A stretch of DNA of 32,000 nucleotides. It comes from Amoeboradix gromovi X-113 (Eukaryota; Fungi; Sanchytriomycota). A program made the translations under genes and the position numbers. The notes under the pieces were generated by a model that saw only the letters and a program-made list of their open reading frames with translations, was not told the origin of the DNA and did not search any database. The stretch covers positions 14,996-46,995 of the forward strand of contig JADGIF010000010.1 of assembly GCA_018985225.1 (NCBI GenBank). Reading direction: 5' to 3'. This document shows positions 9,844-20,125 of the stretch, one piece after another (position 1 is the stretch's first letter; each line of letters begins with the position of its first letter).

Positions 9844-11856
9844 TTATTCTTTGTTTTTAAAAAATTTGATGTATTCTTGCAGGTCCAATTGCCTTAAATG
9901 CTCCACGTTTGGCTGTATCCATAAAGATAGCTGATTTATTATCTTATCAAAATAAGGTCCTCTACTATACAAGCTGTACCTCGAATCGCATAAAAACACA
10001 AACGCGTAGTCATTCTTGTGCCGCAGACATCTTCCAATTGCTTGATTCACACTTCTTATGGCCACTGACAATCCTACATCAAATGTGTTGTTATCTCTAC
10101 ATCTTTTTTTGAACTCCATACTCTCCATATTAGGGAACGGAATTCCGAATAAAATTAATGTTCTGGCCAAGTCGTCCTTAAAGTCTATACCTTCAGATAA
10201 TTTGCCACCGAATACCGCAAAAACAACTGAACAAGAATGCTTTAATTTAGAGGAATGTTTCGCTAACAAGTCCTTGACGTTTGATGACTTTTGGGACTCA
10301 AAGAGCGCTGATTTCAGCAAAGTGTTATCATAATGCTTTATTTTTAACATCAAATCTTCAAGCAGTTTAAAGCTAGAAACAAATATTAATATTCCTGTTT
10401 TGTTGGGTGCTTTGCTTGTTATTGAACTGCATGTATTTAATATTCCAGCGACATTGGTAGATACTGAGTCATATCTAAACTGGCCAACTGTTTGGACTCT
10501 GAAGTTAGACTTATCCACGATGTGTGGTGCTTGATGCATTGCCACTTTAGATCGCAGTTTTGCAGGAATCATCGTGTCAATGTACTGCTGCATAGGACTG
10601 AGTGTACCAGCTGCAAATATTAGAGATTTGCACTGATCTGCTAATTCTGAGATTGTGTCTTTAGTAGATGTTTTCAAATATTGCAACTCGGTACTGGAAA
10701 TGAAGAGGCATCCGTTTTTGGAGTCACTCATCAGCAATCTTATAAGATGAATAATGTTGAAGTAGAATTGAGACGGCAGATCATATTCTTTGAACAAGGG
10801 TGACAGCTTAATGTTGAAATGGTTTGCAACCAAATAATCAGCAATCTCGTATAAATTTATTTGGTCAAGCTGTATAGCCACTAATACAGTTATAATCGAT
10901 GTATCACTTAGTTCTGGCATCGAAGAAAGTTTGTGCAATGCTTTCAATATTCGCACAAAGAGTTCAATGTTCGTCAAATTTGAAGCACTTAAACGTAGGT
11001 TGTATTTTGATTTATACAGTTTAACAATATCTAAAAGTTTGGTAAGGTTTAAGAAGTCAGCGGACACACACTCACTAGATAACGCGGCATCATAAAAACT
11101 GTGGGCCTCATCAATGACAACAATACAATTTCTCAATTTTATATTCAAGATATTGCGTGTGTTTTCATTGAGGATTGATTGGAACGGAGCGATTATTATA
11201 TCAGCTTCATTTACCGATATCTTAGACATAAAGTAAGGACAGAAAACGTGTGACTTGCCATTACTAACTGCATCTTCAATATCCCAAATTTTTGTTTGAA
11301 ATTCGTCCACAAAGGAGTCTATTGACTCGTTAAAGTACTTGCAATCGCTGTTTCCGATCAAGTCTTTGCATGTTTCGCTTAGTTGGGAAGCTGACATGTT
11401 TTCACATTTTGGATTCACGCAATACTGCTTGCGACTAGCCAATACTGATATCTTACACGACGGTCCAAAAGAGGTCTTTCTCAACTCTTTAACAATAGAT
11501 TGTATTTGCGAATGTGTTCTAGTGCAATATATCAATTTGGGCTTGTAAGGTCTACTGTCAGAGACTTCGTAGTTGGGATTGCTTAATAAATCTTGCCAGT
11601 CATGACCTAATTCTTTGTGTTTAAGAAACCCATAGGAATTATTGGTGATTCTTTGTTTCTTTGTCATCCAACTGGGTTTTTTTGGTGCTTGTTCCTGAAA
11701 CCAGGTCCATGTTGTACATAGCAACATTAAACTTTTACCGGTGCCGGTTGGGGACTCCACCACGACTATTTTATCATCCTTGATAGCATTATACACAAAA
11801 TCCATTACTTCTAACTGTAAATCATAAGGGATATATGGAAAGTGATAGGGATTCAT
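9844..11856 (-). CDS. CHL1: Chl1/DDX11 XPD-family Fe-S DNA helicase
   Basis: FPYIPYDLQ, ESPTGTGKS (Walker A), YCTRTHSQ, Fe-S cysteines, VIDEAH, GTLSP, GKLSEGIDFKDDLAR, VNQAIGRCLRHKNDYA. Confidence 0.92.
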   Translation of the reverse strand: MNPYHFPYIPYDLQLEVMDFVYNAIKDDKIVVVESPTGTGKSLMLLCTTWTWFQEQAPKKPSWMTKKQRITNNSYGFLKHKELGHDWQDLLSNPNYEVSDSRPYKPKLIYCTRTHSQIQSIVKELRKTSFGPSCKISVLASRKQYCVNPKCENMSASQLSETCKDLIGNSDCKYFNESIDSFVDEFQTKIWDIEDAVSNGKSHVFCPYFMSKISVNEADIIIAPFQSILNENTRNILNIKLRNCIVVIDEAHSFYDAALSSECVSADFLNLTKLLDIVKLYKSKYNLRLSASNLTNIELFVRILKALHKLSSMPELSDTSIITVLVAIQLDQINLYEIADYLVANHFNIKLSPLFKEYDLPSQFYFNIIHLIRLLMSDSKNGCLFISSTELQYLKTSTKDTISELADQCKSLIFAAGTLSPMQQYIDTMIPAKLRSKVAMHQAPHIVDKSNFRVQTVGQFRYDSVSTNVAGILNTCSSITSKAPNKTGILIFVSSFKLLEDLMLKIKHYDNTLLKSALFESQKSSNVKDLLAKHSSKLKHSCSVVFAVFGGKLSEGIDFKDDLARTLILFGIPFPNMESMEFKKRCRDNNTFDVGLSVAIRSVNQAIGRCLRHKNDYAFVFLCDSRYSLYSRGPYFDKIINQLSLWIQPNVEHLRQLDLQEYIKFFKNKE

Positions 11857-12627
11857 TTTTGTATTAAAAATTTATACAGGTCGTAAAATATCTTCAATAT
11901 TTCATAACTCGATTAAACAAGACAGCTTTTGATATCTACAAAGCACGTCTTTCATACGCCAAGAGTAAAACAGTTATCAGTATGGCAACTCCTCACTAAA
12001 GTTCCTAGTTTACTCGAAAATCAGGAACTTGCGCTAAGAATCTGTCAAAGCCAGTCACTCCGTTATAGTACTTTCTCATGCTTCCCATACTCTTCTTCTA
12101 GATTAAACGAGAATGCATATGTTTCAAGTATGTGGTATCTTTGTACTTGTATATGACGTTTGTGCGGTATATAACTCCTAATTGGTTTCCTCAGAGTGTT
12201 GTACCCTGCACGCGTTTTGCTAGTAAATGTTTACTTACATTAACCCAATATATATCATCTCCTTGGACGACTATCTCGTGTGCAACAATCTATTTTGTAC
12301 TAGGTAATCATCTCTTTACATTTAGCACAATATTTATAAAAATTGCCATTTTTGACTAATGAAAAAAGTGGTATTGTGTTTTTTGTTCCATTAAAAAATA
12401 TAATAAGAACTATAGGGTAATGAAAAGCATATAAGCACGAAATAGTGTATTTAATTAAACCGGGTCCTGCACTCGTGTTATTGGAAACGCTGAACTTAAT
12501 TTGTTCCTAACGATACCCACGACTCAGTGAAGCAAATCTCTTTCGTCAAATTCAGTAAAACATTGAGTCAAGGATGTCAGTTCCTAAAAGCTCAGTGTAA
12601 GTAAATGTTTTATTATTGTCACAGTTG

Positions 12628-14367
12628 CTAAAAATTCTCCTTTCCGTAAAAAAATTGAGTCCCGTTTCTGTTACTTGAACTGTACTTATTACAGCAAATG
12701 TGCAAGGCTTTAGATATTGCTATATTAATACGAAAAAAACGCTTTGGTCCACAAAACATGACACCCACTTTAGTGGACGGATGATTTTGTTGTATCTTGT
12801 AAAATACAGCATCGAAGTTGGGTCTACCATATATTGTTGGTGATTTTAGGTTAGTGACTGGATCCTTTTCCTCTCCAGAATGCATCAGCACATTTCTCAT
12901 CTCGTGTGGCTTTAGTTCTCCAGTTAAGTACACTGTAATGTTCAAAAAGTTTTCTAAATCTTCTCGCTCTAAAACGCTCAGTAAGTCTTGAAACCATTCA
13001 AACGCCTCTTTATCTCTGCATATCCAGTAGAAATATACTTTTCTCAGCTTCATTACTCGTGTAGGCTGGCATACTCTGAACCATATACTCTTAAGAATGC
13101 TAGCAAACGGTGTTACTCCAATACCTGCACCAAAAAGCATAGCCACTTCGTATTGAAACACATCCTCGCTAGCACTGCCAAAAGGGCCATCAACCCTTAT
13201 CTCTGGCAACTTTGCCCGGCATTCTACACCCAGCAATGGAGCCTTACCGTCAGAGTCTGTGAATGTAATTCCCATCTTCTTAGCAAACCCGTTAGTCCAG
13301 TCACCAGCCATTCTCATATGCACACTGATAAATGGTTGTTCTGGTGCGTTTGTTAGAGTGAATGGATGATACTGGTATCTATTAAGCTCTGGGCAATTTA
13401 GGAATATCCACTGGCCAGGTTGCGTACGGCAACTGGGTTTCTTAATTTGCACTTCCAGTACCTTAGACGGATGCAGTACAAGCTTAGATATATAAGATAG
13501 TCTTCTTACTCTGATTTCGCGATATAGTCTTTCAGTTGTATAAATAAATCCACTAAGTATAAACCATTTCCAAAATTGACCACCCGGATTGCACTTTGGA
13601 TCCCTGTCTCCTTGTATAAAGCAGAATTGGCCATGAACTATGAGCATGATAAAGAAAAATGGAAACAAATGATGTGTATACCAAAATATCTCAAAGTTTG
13701 AGCGACGCACAGGTTCTAGACTAGAAGTTATGATTAGAAAGAATATTATAATCACTGCCACACCTGAGAGCATTGATGGATTTGTTAAAACAAGATATTC
13801 AGGAGTATAAGTGGAATAGTAACTGCTATACCTTAGTGCGTTTATAACATGAGCACCAATATGAACAGTAGTAAAAATAGCAATCATAACGCCTATAGAT
13901 TTGTGCCATTTAATGTTCTTATCAAATGGGACAAAACTGTTCAAGAATGTTCGGCGTAATACGGATATGCTATTTCTACAAACAGGAAACAAAATTATTC
14001 CACAATTAAGAAAAAGAGCACCAGCACTTCCACGAGCTATAGGTAACGTCTCTTTTAGTATGTTTCTGATAGTGACATAATTTGGATTGTTATTATAGTA
14101 ATACGCATACCACGAGAATGATGCTATTGTACCCAATAAATAAGCTATGAAAAAAATCCTTATTTTTCCTTCATTGATCATGTAATTTCGAACCGTCATT
14201 TGGAAGGAAATTTTTTGTTCGGGAACCTTCAATAATAGCTCTTCCTGAATTGGCAATTCAATAGCAACATGATAAGGTTTCATCTCTATGTCTATGTCTT
14301 CAAAAGAAGGAAGTATCTCAGTATTCTTAGTAGACTTGATCGTTCGTGAATATTTTATCGAACTCAT
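12628..14367 (-). CDS. noxA: NADPH oxidase, gp91phox/NoxA type, with an in-frame 21-nt intron (~572 aa spliced)
   Basis: Heme-binding His pairs (KWHK, VHIGAH, YTHHLF, VHG), HPFT, VDGPFGSASED, GAGIGVTPFASILKSIW, CGPK and terminal GKENF. Confidence 0.9.
   Translation of the reverse strand: MSSIKYSRTIKSTKNTEILPSFEDIDIEMKPYHVAIELPIQEELLLKVPEQKISFQMTVRNYMINEGKIRIFFIAYLLGTIASFSWYAYYYNNNPNYVTIRNILKETLPIARGSAGALFLNCGIILFPVCRNSISVLRRTFLNSFVPFDKNIKWHKSIGVMIAIFTTVHIGAHVINALRYSSYYSTYTPEYLVLTNPSMLSGVAVIIIFFLIITSSLEPVRRSNFEIFWYTHHLFPFFFIMLIVHGQFCFIQGDRDPKCNPGGQFWKWFILSGFIYTTERLYREIRVRRLSYISKLVLHPSKVLEVQIKKPSCRTQPGQWIFLNCPELNRYQYHPFTLTNAPEQPFISVHMRMAGDWTNGFAKKMGITFTDSDGKAPLLGVECRAKLPEIRVDGPFGSASEDVFQYEVAMLFGAGIGVTPFASILKSIWFRVCQPTRVMKLRKVYFYWICRDKEAFEWFQDLLSVLEREDLENFLNITVYLTGELKPHEMRNVLMHSGEEKDPVTNLKSPTIYGRPNFDAVFYKIQQNHPSTKVGVMFCGPKRFFRINIAISKALHICCNKYSSSNRNGTQFFYGKENF
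12720..12740 (-). other. 21-nt stopless in-frame intron in noxA
   Basis: Minus strand GTTTTTTTCGTATTAATATAG. Removal converts CGPKRFFRINIAISKALH into the Nox-like CGPKPISKALH. Confidence 0.7.
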
Positions 14368-14501
14368 AAGTCGAATGAAAAACGAAACAGACGTCGTAGA
14401 GATTATTTATCAAGTGATACAATAGAAACGATCCTATAAATACGAACTATGATCATGTCGATGCATTATCATGAATATATAGATTTATTGAAGATCTTGG
14501 A

Positions 14502-15065
14502 TTATACTCTCTCCCAACACTCAAAATTATATGAGATACCTTTTTCAATAATTGACTCAACTTTTACAAAAGGGACAACCTGAATAAATTCCTGGTCACT
14601 TAATTTCTTAAAGGGTCGCAACTGAGAAGGATCTAGGTACGCATCTCCTTCAACTACGTAATTTAAACGAGTCATGAAGATGTGCTTACATTCTGGATGT
14701 TTAAAAGCGTGACTATACAGCTTTGCTCCGCCTAGACAGAATATCTGATCAACTAGTAGCTTCCTAGATAACTCCAATGCGGCGTCAAAATCTGGTGCCA
14801 CAAAAGAATCCTTATAATTTTGGACATCTTGATTATCCATTGTAGTGCTTACAATAATGTTTATTCTATCTTTCAAAGGGCGTTTCGGTAAAGATTCCCA
14901 GGTTAGCCTCCCCATGATAATTGCATTCTGTGATTCTGAAGTGGTTGTAAGCTTAGACAGCCACTGAAGATCAGACTTCAAATGAGGCCATGGTAAAGTA
15001 TTATTACTTCCAATACAAGAATTTAGGGTGCATGCAACAACTACGTTGAAATGATTCTTAGTCAT
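14502..15065 (-). CDS. DFR1: Monofunctional dihydrofolate reductase
   Basis: VVAC..IG.NNTLPWPHLKSD, NAIIMGRLTWESLP, RPLKDRINIIVS, FCLGGAKLY, GDAY. Confidence 0.95.
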   Translation of the reverse strand: MTKNHFNVVVACTLNSCIGSNNTLPWPHLKSDLQWLSKLTTTSESQNAIIMGRLTWESLPKRPLKDRINIIVSTTMDNQDVQNYKDSFVAPDFDAALELSRKLLVDQIFCLGGAKLYSHAFKHPECKHIFMTRLNYVVEGDAYLDPSQLRPFKKLSDQEFIQVVPFVKVESIIEKGISYNFECWERV

Positions 15066-15512
15066 GCCTCCTTTGTTTATAAATTGATTTCAGAGACGCT
15101 GTCATAGAACAAGCAGAGTTTTGTTTCAAATTTTCAATATTACAAATGGGACATCAAATATAAATACTTGACTAACTTTCTGAAATAGTTTGAATCATCA
15201 TATCAAGTGTGTATTAACCGATAGTAAATTACATTAAATGAATCTTATTGGTTGCACCTTTTGCTTAGATGCTCAAAGACCTCATATATTTGAACGAGAT
15301 GCAGGGTCTTCTACTTTTATTTTGAAGAGGGGATTGAAAGTAATGAAAGAAAATTGGTATAATAGAAGATCTTTTATTAATGATTTCCTCCGTATGGAGC
15401 ACCTTTAAAAACCAGTTAGTCTAGTTTTTATATTTGGTGTCCCAGATAACATTGGTCAAAACTTGTAAATCTGAATTATCAAGTACAATTTCCGGATGGT
15501 AATTTTTAAAAC

Positions 15513-16508
15513 ATGGATAAGCAAATTCTTGACTTGCTAGCTAATCCGGCCAAAATTGACAAATTGGATCCTGAAGAAAGAAACGATTTTGAGCAAACAG
15601 TAATCCAATTCTTTTTAGAAACCCCGCAGCTAGCAAATTTAGTGGAAGAATTAACGGGTGGTGTAACCAAGGCTCTTGGACGTATGCTAATGGGGAACGA
15701 CAACCAGAAAGAAGAAGACTCGACATCGGAAGAGGAAGAGTACGATGAAGAGGAAGAGGAAGAGGAAGAAAATGTAGAAGATGGGACAGCTAAACTTGCT
15801 ATATGTAACGTCAATGATGGCAGCATTACTGAGATGTTTTTTGATCGAGATGAGTGTGCAAGAGCAGCAGAATTCCTTACGGAGAATAAATTGTTCATTA
15901 AGCTGGATCTCTCTCTTAGAGAACCTGGTACTACAATTATGGTTTCAAACTCCTATCTTGTGGGATATGATGGTGAATTCCTTATGCAGCCATTTGGTGT
16001 TGAGCCTTGTACTGATTGGGAAAGATACAAATCTGCTTTTCTCCTCAGCAAGAGATTAGATGCTTGTTTTGAGAATCTGATGTCTCAAATGGATGATTTG
16101 TTCAAGATTGAAAATCATGCATTTCTCTATGATTTAAAGACAAAGCAGCAATTCGAATTAACTAATGATAATAGAGGACCAACCGATTTTTTATTTGAAT
16201 TTCTTGCCTTGTTAATGCAGAGCAACAATCAACTTAGAAAATCCAAGCTCCCGGAAAATTATGGCATTGCCAGCGGCACACATGAGGACGTTCATCAAGT
16301 AGTAACTGTGGAACATGGGAAAATGCATAGATATTTGTACGTAAACAATAAGCAGAAATCTAAAGGTAAAGATTGGTATTTATGGCTTACTGATTTTAGA
16401 ACTCCAGTACCGTCGCAGTACAAGATAGAGTCAATGGAAATTTACAGGAATAATGTTAAAATTGGAATTGCCGAGACAAAAGAGGATGTGCTCCGGCTGT
16501 TACTATGA
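15513..16508 (+). CDS. Hypothetical protein with a poly-Glu tract
   Basis: 331-aa ATG-initiated ORF with acidic stretch EEEEYDEEEEEEEE; no family recognised. Confidence 0.7.
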   Translation: MDKQILDLLANPAKIDKLDPEERNDFEQTVIQFFLETPQLANLVEELTGGVTKALGRMLMGNDNQKEEDSTSEEEEYDEEEEEEEENVEDGTAKLAICNVNDGSITEMFFDRDECARAAEFLTENKLFIKLDLSLREPGTTIMVSNSYLVGYDGEFLMQPFGVEPCTDWERYKSAFLLSKRLDACFENLMSQMDDLFKIENHAFLYDLKTKQQFELTNDNRGPTDFLFEFLALLMQSNNQLRKSKLPENYGIASGTHEDVHQVVTVEHGKMHRYLYVNNKQKSKGKDWYLWLTDFRTPVPSQYKIESMEIYRNNVKIGIAETKEDVLRLLL

Positions 16509-16698
16509 ATGGGGTACAGCTCGATTGTTTTCTTGAGTAAATCATTTATCGCGAATTTGTATGCATTTTTGTATAATTTCAAGACTTTTCTAATAGCTTA
16601 AATACTCGATATTCTTCCTTTTTGCAAATGGTAAATGGAGTAAATAGATGTTATCTTGAATATATCAATTCTAAAGAAATAACTAAGAGGTAAAGCAT

Positions 16699-17121
16699 AC
16701 AAAGACATATGATCTTATATACTTGCCATCATTTAATACTAGTCAAATGATAAGTAGCTTGTCGAGCAAGGTCGCAAGAAATATGGCCACAATGTCCCAA
16801 TACACATTCAAGGAACGCTTGAAGTTCAAGTGTAAGCAAAGAGGAAAGACGATGGTCGAATACAATGAATCATTTACTAGTCAGACATGTACAAGGTGTG
16901 GTACTCTAAAGAAAAACAATTTAGAAACCTACACTTGTACCAACTGTCGTTTGGAAATAGATAGAGACCATATGGCTGCAAGGAACATATACATCAAGTA
17001 TTTGCATCCTTATTTAATCCCGCCTCAGGGTAGTGAAAGCGTGAGCGATCACTGTAACGGAGAAACTAGCATTAGCTTCTCTGTGGAAATTCTCGATTTT
17101 CTTGGAAATCTGGACTTTTAA
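16699..17121 (+). mobile_element. 5'-truncated Fanzor2 / IS607-type TnpB remnant (RuvC-II, zinc finger, RuvC-III)
   Basis: TKTYDLIYLPSFNTSQM..LSSKVARNM..MSQYTFKERLKFKC..NESFTSQTCTRCG..YTCTNCRLEIDRDHMAARNI. No RuvC-I or N-terminal lobe is visible upstream; there is an in-frame stop at 16684-16686. Confidence 0.85.
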
Positions 17122-17161
17122 CGAGGGAGTATAAAGAAATGCGCAAATGTTTCGCCTATAC
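17031..17161 (+). ncRNA. Putative omegaRNA scaffold of the Fanzor2 remnant
   Basis: Consecutive stems overlapping the ORF 3' end: AGTGA/TCACT (17032-17053), ACGGAGAA/TTCTCTGT (17057-17084), GATTTT/GAAATC (17095-17110), and GTATA/TATAC enclosing GAAATG/TGTTTC (17129-17161). Confidence 0.5.
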
Positions 17162-17260
17162 ACAAGGTGATAAAATTTATGGTACTTGTGTAAAAATTAG
17201 ATGGCTATTTTTGAGTAAGTGCTCAAAGCAACAACTAGAATCAATAAATTTATTAGATAA

Positions 17261-18049
17261 CTAATCCATCTCCAACTTCAAACCATCTTCATTTAACAAA
17301 CCTTGTTTAACGGTGCCATGTGTAGGACTCATTTCATCCTTTTCTTTAACTTGGTCTAAGTATCCGCTTAGCTCGACCTTGCACATTACAATGGACCCAA
17401 AGCAAAATAAGATGAAGTCTTGATCAATGAAAGCGACGTACGCATTACTGGAAAACATATTTACAAGAGCAGCTATAATAAACCCAAAATAAAACACCAT
17501 GGAGACGATTGAAGTTCTAAAGATACCGTTGTGGTCGCTGGAGATTTGATATTCTTTTAACAAATACATTCTTCGAACATTCCATACATCAACACTAAAA
17601 TCAATAGATAGCATGATAATAGTCCAAAGCAAAGAGAAGTCTCTACCCAAGACATCTAGCACAACAACCACCAAGTTTGTACCACCAACCATAATACCAG
17701 TCATTTCGGAATACACGGTATTCACGATGGTACTAGGAGCTTTAACCCTTTTTAGAACAAGTCCGTAAATCTCATTCAAGACACCACCAAAACAGAAAAG
17801 CATGGTAGTTTTCAATGCTATTCGCACTTCCTCTGGGGGTGGAACATACTTTTGTTGAATTGGGTCATACGAATAGCTGTTAAGTCTAGCAGCACCAACA
17901 TATAATCCAATGACAAATAATAGAGCGAACTTTAAAGATCCAAAGAATTCACTTCTAAAACCTCTCTTCAAATCACGATGTAATAAGATAGCTGAGAACA
18001 TAGTGAATCCTAATGCAAGTAACAAAGCAATTGTAGAAGCATTATTCAT
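17261..18049 (-). CDS. Orphan multi-pass membrane protein, about seven hydrophobic segments
   Basis: From the first ATG (18049, MNNASTIALLL), seven hydrophobic stretches are visible by eye, followed by a polar C-terminal tail. Confidence 0.65.
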   Translation of the reverse strand: MNNASTIALLLALGFTMFSAILLHRDLKRGFRSEFFGSLKFALLFVIGLYVGAARLNSYSYDPIQQKYVPPPEEVRIALKTTMLFCFGGVLNEIYGLVLKRVKAPSTIVNTVYSEMTGIMVGGTNLVVVVLDVLGRDFSLLWTIIMLSIDFSVDVWNVRRMYLLKEYQISSDHNGIFRTSIVSMVFYFGFIIAALVNMFSSNAYVAFIDQDFILFCFGSIVMCKVELSGYLDQVKEKDEMSPTHGTVKQGLLNEDGLKLEMD

Positions 18050-18660
18050 TCCAAATTCAGAAATAGATTGTTTCACAAAACCAGGCCAAAACGTAAGCTT
18101 TACAAAGAGATAGAGCAGAATCTTCCGGAGACCCAAAAAGTTTGAAGCTATAGTCTTCGTAATATTAAAAAGAGATACTGTACAAAAAACTGAACCAGCT
18201 GATTACAACACCTCTCAAGTGGGAACAATAAAAGTAAATACGCTCATATTTTATTAGCTAAACTTAGGTGACAATTATCAGTTCCCAATTTCAATTCTTT
18301 CGTTCTCAACTCTAGAGCAAACAAATCCAACATTTTTACACGAAGCGTACGCACTAGTTTCTTGTTCAAGGTACTGCGAGCCTTTCAGTAAAGGTTATAA
18401 CTGGTATTCCATAGCAGATCAGCTCTCATTATCTTTTTCTCTATCATTACATTTTAATTCATAAGTCAATCCTCATGAAAAAAGTTCTCTACATCAGATC
18501 TACCTTTCTCAGGTATGCTTATATTAGTGTTTGATCTGGTAACACCTTTGCAGTCCATTTAGGGTCTCTTTTTAAAGCGTTTTTGGCATCCAATACTTTA
18601 TTATTTTTCTTTTTGTCATGTCCTCCTACCCCCAGTCTTCTTTCAAACAGCATATCGCAA

Positions 18661-18843
18661 ATGTCTTCTCAAGATTATGCAACCAAATACACGGAATTGA
18701 AATCTAGAATAACTGAAATGGAAGAGGAGAATGACAGAATTTATTTAAAGCTAATTAGACTTAGGCGTATGATAAAATTGATGAATTTAGAGAGAGCCCA
18801 CCTGTTGGAAGTATGCTCGAACAAAAAATTATCTGCTCAATAA
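18661..18843 (+). CDS. Small coiled-coil protein resembling the INO80E/Nhp10 N-terminal domain
   Basis: DYATKYTELKSRITEMEEENDRIYLKLIRLRRMIKLMNLERAHLLE matches the KY..LK.RI.E.E.END......R..R.I....LERA.LLE pattern. The 3' end may be spliced (GTATGC after LLE). Confidence 0.55.
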   Translation: MSSQDYATKYTELKSRITEMEEENDRIYLKLIRLRRMIKLMNLERAHLLEVCSNKKLSAQ

Positions 18844-18943
18844 ATCACCAATGGTCTAATGTGCCAATATTTCTTCGTTCCTGATTGGAGGAAACGTCAT
18901 AAACTATCTTATTTACTCGAGGTATCAAATTCGGTTCAAAAAA

Positions 18944-20125
18944 ATGACGTTAGACGTTGAAAACCTTGAAGTCAAAGAAATTATGGCGCACTGGAGGAAG
19001 CGAGAGAGCCAGATTTTGTCAGAAATGGAAGAAGAGGCAAAAAAGAAAGTTATGGCACAGAAGAAGCAATCAAAGGTTGAACTGTCACCAGATTTTTTAA
19101 TTGCGGATCAAGTTAGATCCAGCAGAGCTAAGGGGAAGAGATCTAAAAAAGTCAACACTGAGTCCATTTCAAAAAATCAAGGAAGCACAGCGATCCTCGA
19201 GATTTCCCAAATGGCTAAAGAGCAACTAGAGTATTATGAAACGCACACTATTTACCTATTTAACACTGTTCCTCTGTATGGTATCCAATACATGCTGTCT
19301 CATTTCTTTCAGTTGGAAGATTTAATTTGTCTATTTTATAACAAGAGAGACCTTGTTGATCCCTCACGGCTTGGTTTATGGATTGCGGATAATCCGTTGT
19401 TTCTGCCACGATACGTGTCCATGTTTTCATTCAAGCATTTGCTACCTTTGGATGCTTTTTCCAGATTGCTCAAGTACATTCAACCGGCAAAAAGTACAAA
19501 GAGTTTAACCACGTTATTACGAGCTTTTGTGGCTAAATATGTTCATGATAACAAGGTGCTCCCTGCTATTCTGAAATTTGAAGGCAAAAACGTATTGGAT
19601 GAATCACCTGTAGACGCCTACGAAATCTACACCCTTATATATGCAGCAGTTATGGTACATTCTGAATACAATGATTTCCTGCAAAAGCATCCTAAAAAGA
19701 ATAAAGTTAAGATAACATGGACAGAAAAAAAGTTTGCCAAGCTACTGGGAAACATAACTAAAATTCCAAAAGCCTACATAGTTAGCATATATCGAGAAGT
19801 TATTCAAGGGCAACTGTTTATCAAATATGATTACAAAAAGATCAATGACGCGTTCATCACTCATTCTAGAATTGAATCCTATGATTTGATTACAAGTGGT
19901 GATAATGCTCAATCTCTAACAATAGATCACTCTCCTGCGCAGAAGAGGTACTTTGACAAACTAAAAGGTGAGCACAGCGATACTATACGCAATTATAAGA
20001 GATCCAGGTTGAGAAAAACTGATTCTGGTATTTCAAGTAACTTTTTGATTCCACCTAAAACCCCAGTATTGGAACTACCGAAATACTTTGAAGATAAAAT
20101 TAATGTGTCTGGAGATGAATTCTAA
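18944..20125 (+). CDS. Degenerate Sec7-domain (ARF-GEF-like) protein
   Basis: LDAFSRLLKYIQPAKSTKSLTTLLRAFVAKY..IYTLIYAAVMVHSE..WTEKKF..IPKAYIVSIYREV parallels the Sec7 consensus LRxFLxxFRLPGEAQKIDRxMEAFAxRY..YxLxYSxIMLNTD..MTxxxF..LPxxxLxxIYxxI. Confidence 0.6.
   Translation: MTLDVENLEVKEIMAHWRKRESQILSEMEEEAKKKVMAQKKQSKVELSPDFLIADQVRSSRAKGKRSKKVNTESISKNQGSTAILEISQMAKEQLEYYETHTIYLFNTVPLYGIQYMLSHFFQLEDLICLFYNKRDLVDPSRLGLWIADNPLFLPRYVSMFSFKHLLPLDAFSRLLKYIQPAKSTKSLTTLLRAFVAKYVHDNKVLPAILKFEGKNVLDESPVDAYEIYTLIYAAVMVHSEYNDFLQKHPKKNKVKITWTEKKFAKLLGNITKIPKAYIVSIYREVIQGQLFIKYDYKKINDAFITHSRIESYDLITSGDNAQSLTIDHSPAQKRYFDKLKGEHSDTIRNYKRSRLRKTDSGISSNFLIPPKTPVLELPKYFEDKINVSGDEF

Noticed and set aside
11929-12359. 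Two 75-aa ORFs between CHL1 and noxA, and ORF 1633-1908
   Set aside because: Atypical composition and no homology cues; treated as intergenic.
6827-13356. Short ORFs antisense to SPC105, CHL1 and noxA (similarly 2385, 5384, 15506, 17910 and 29826)
   Set aside because: They overlap well-supported genes and have no recognisable motifs.
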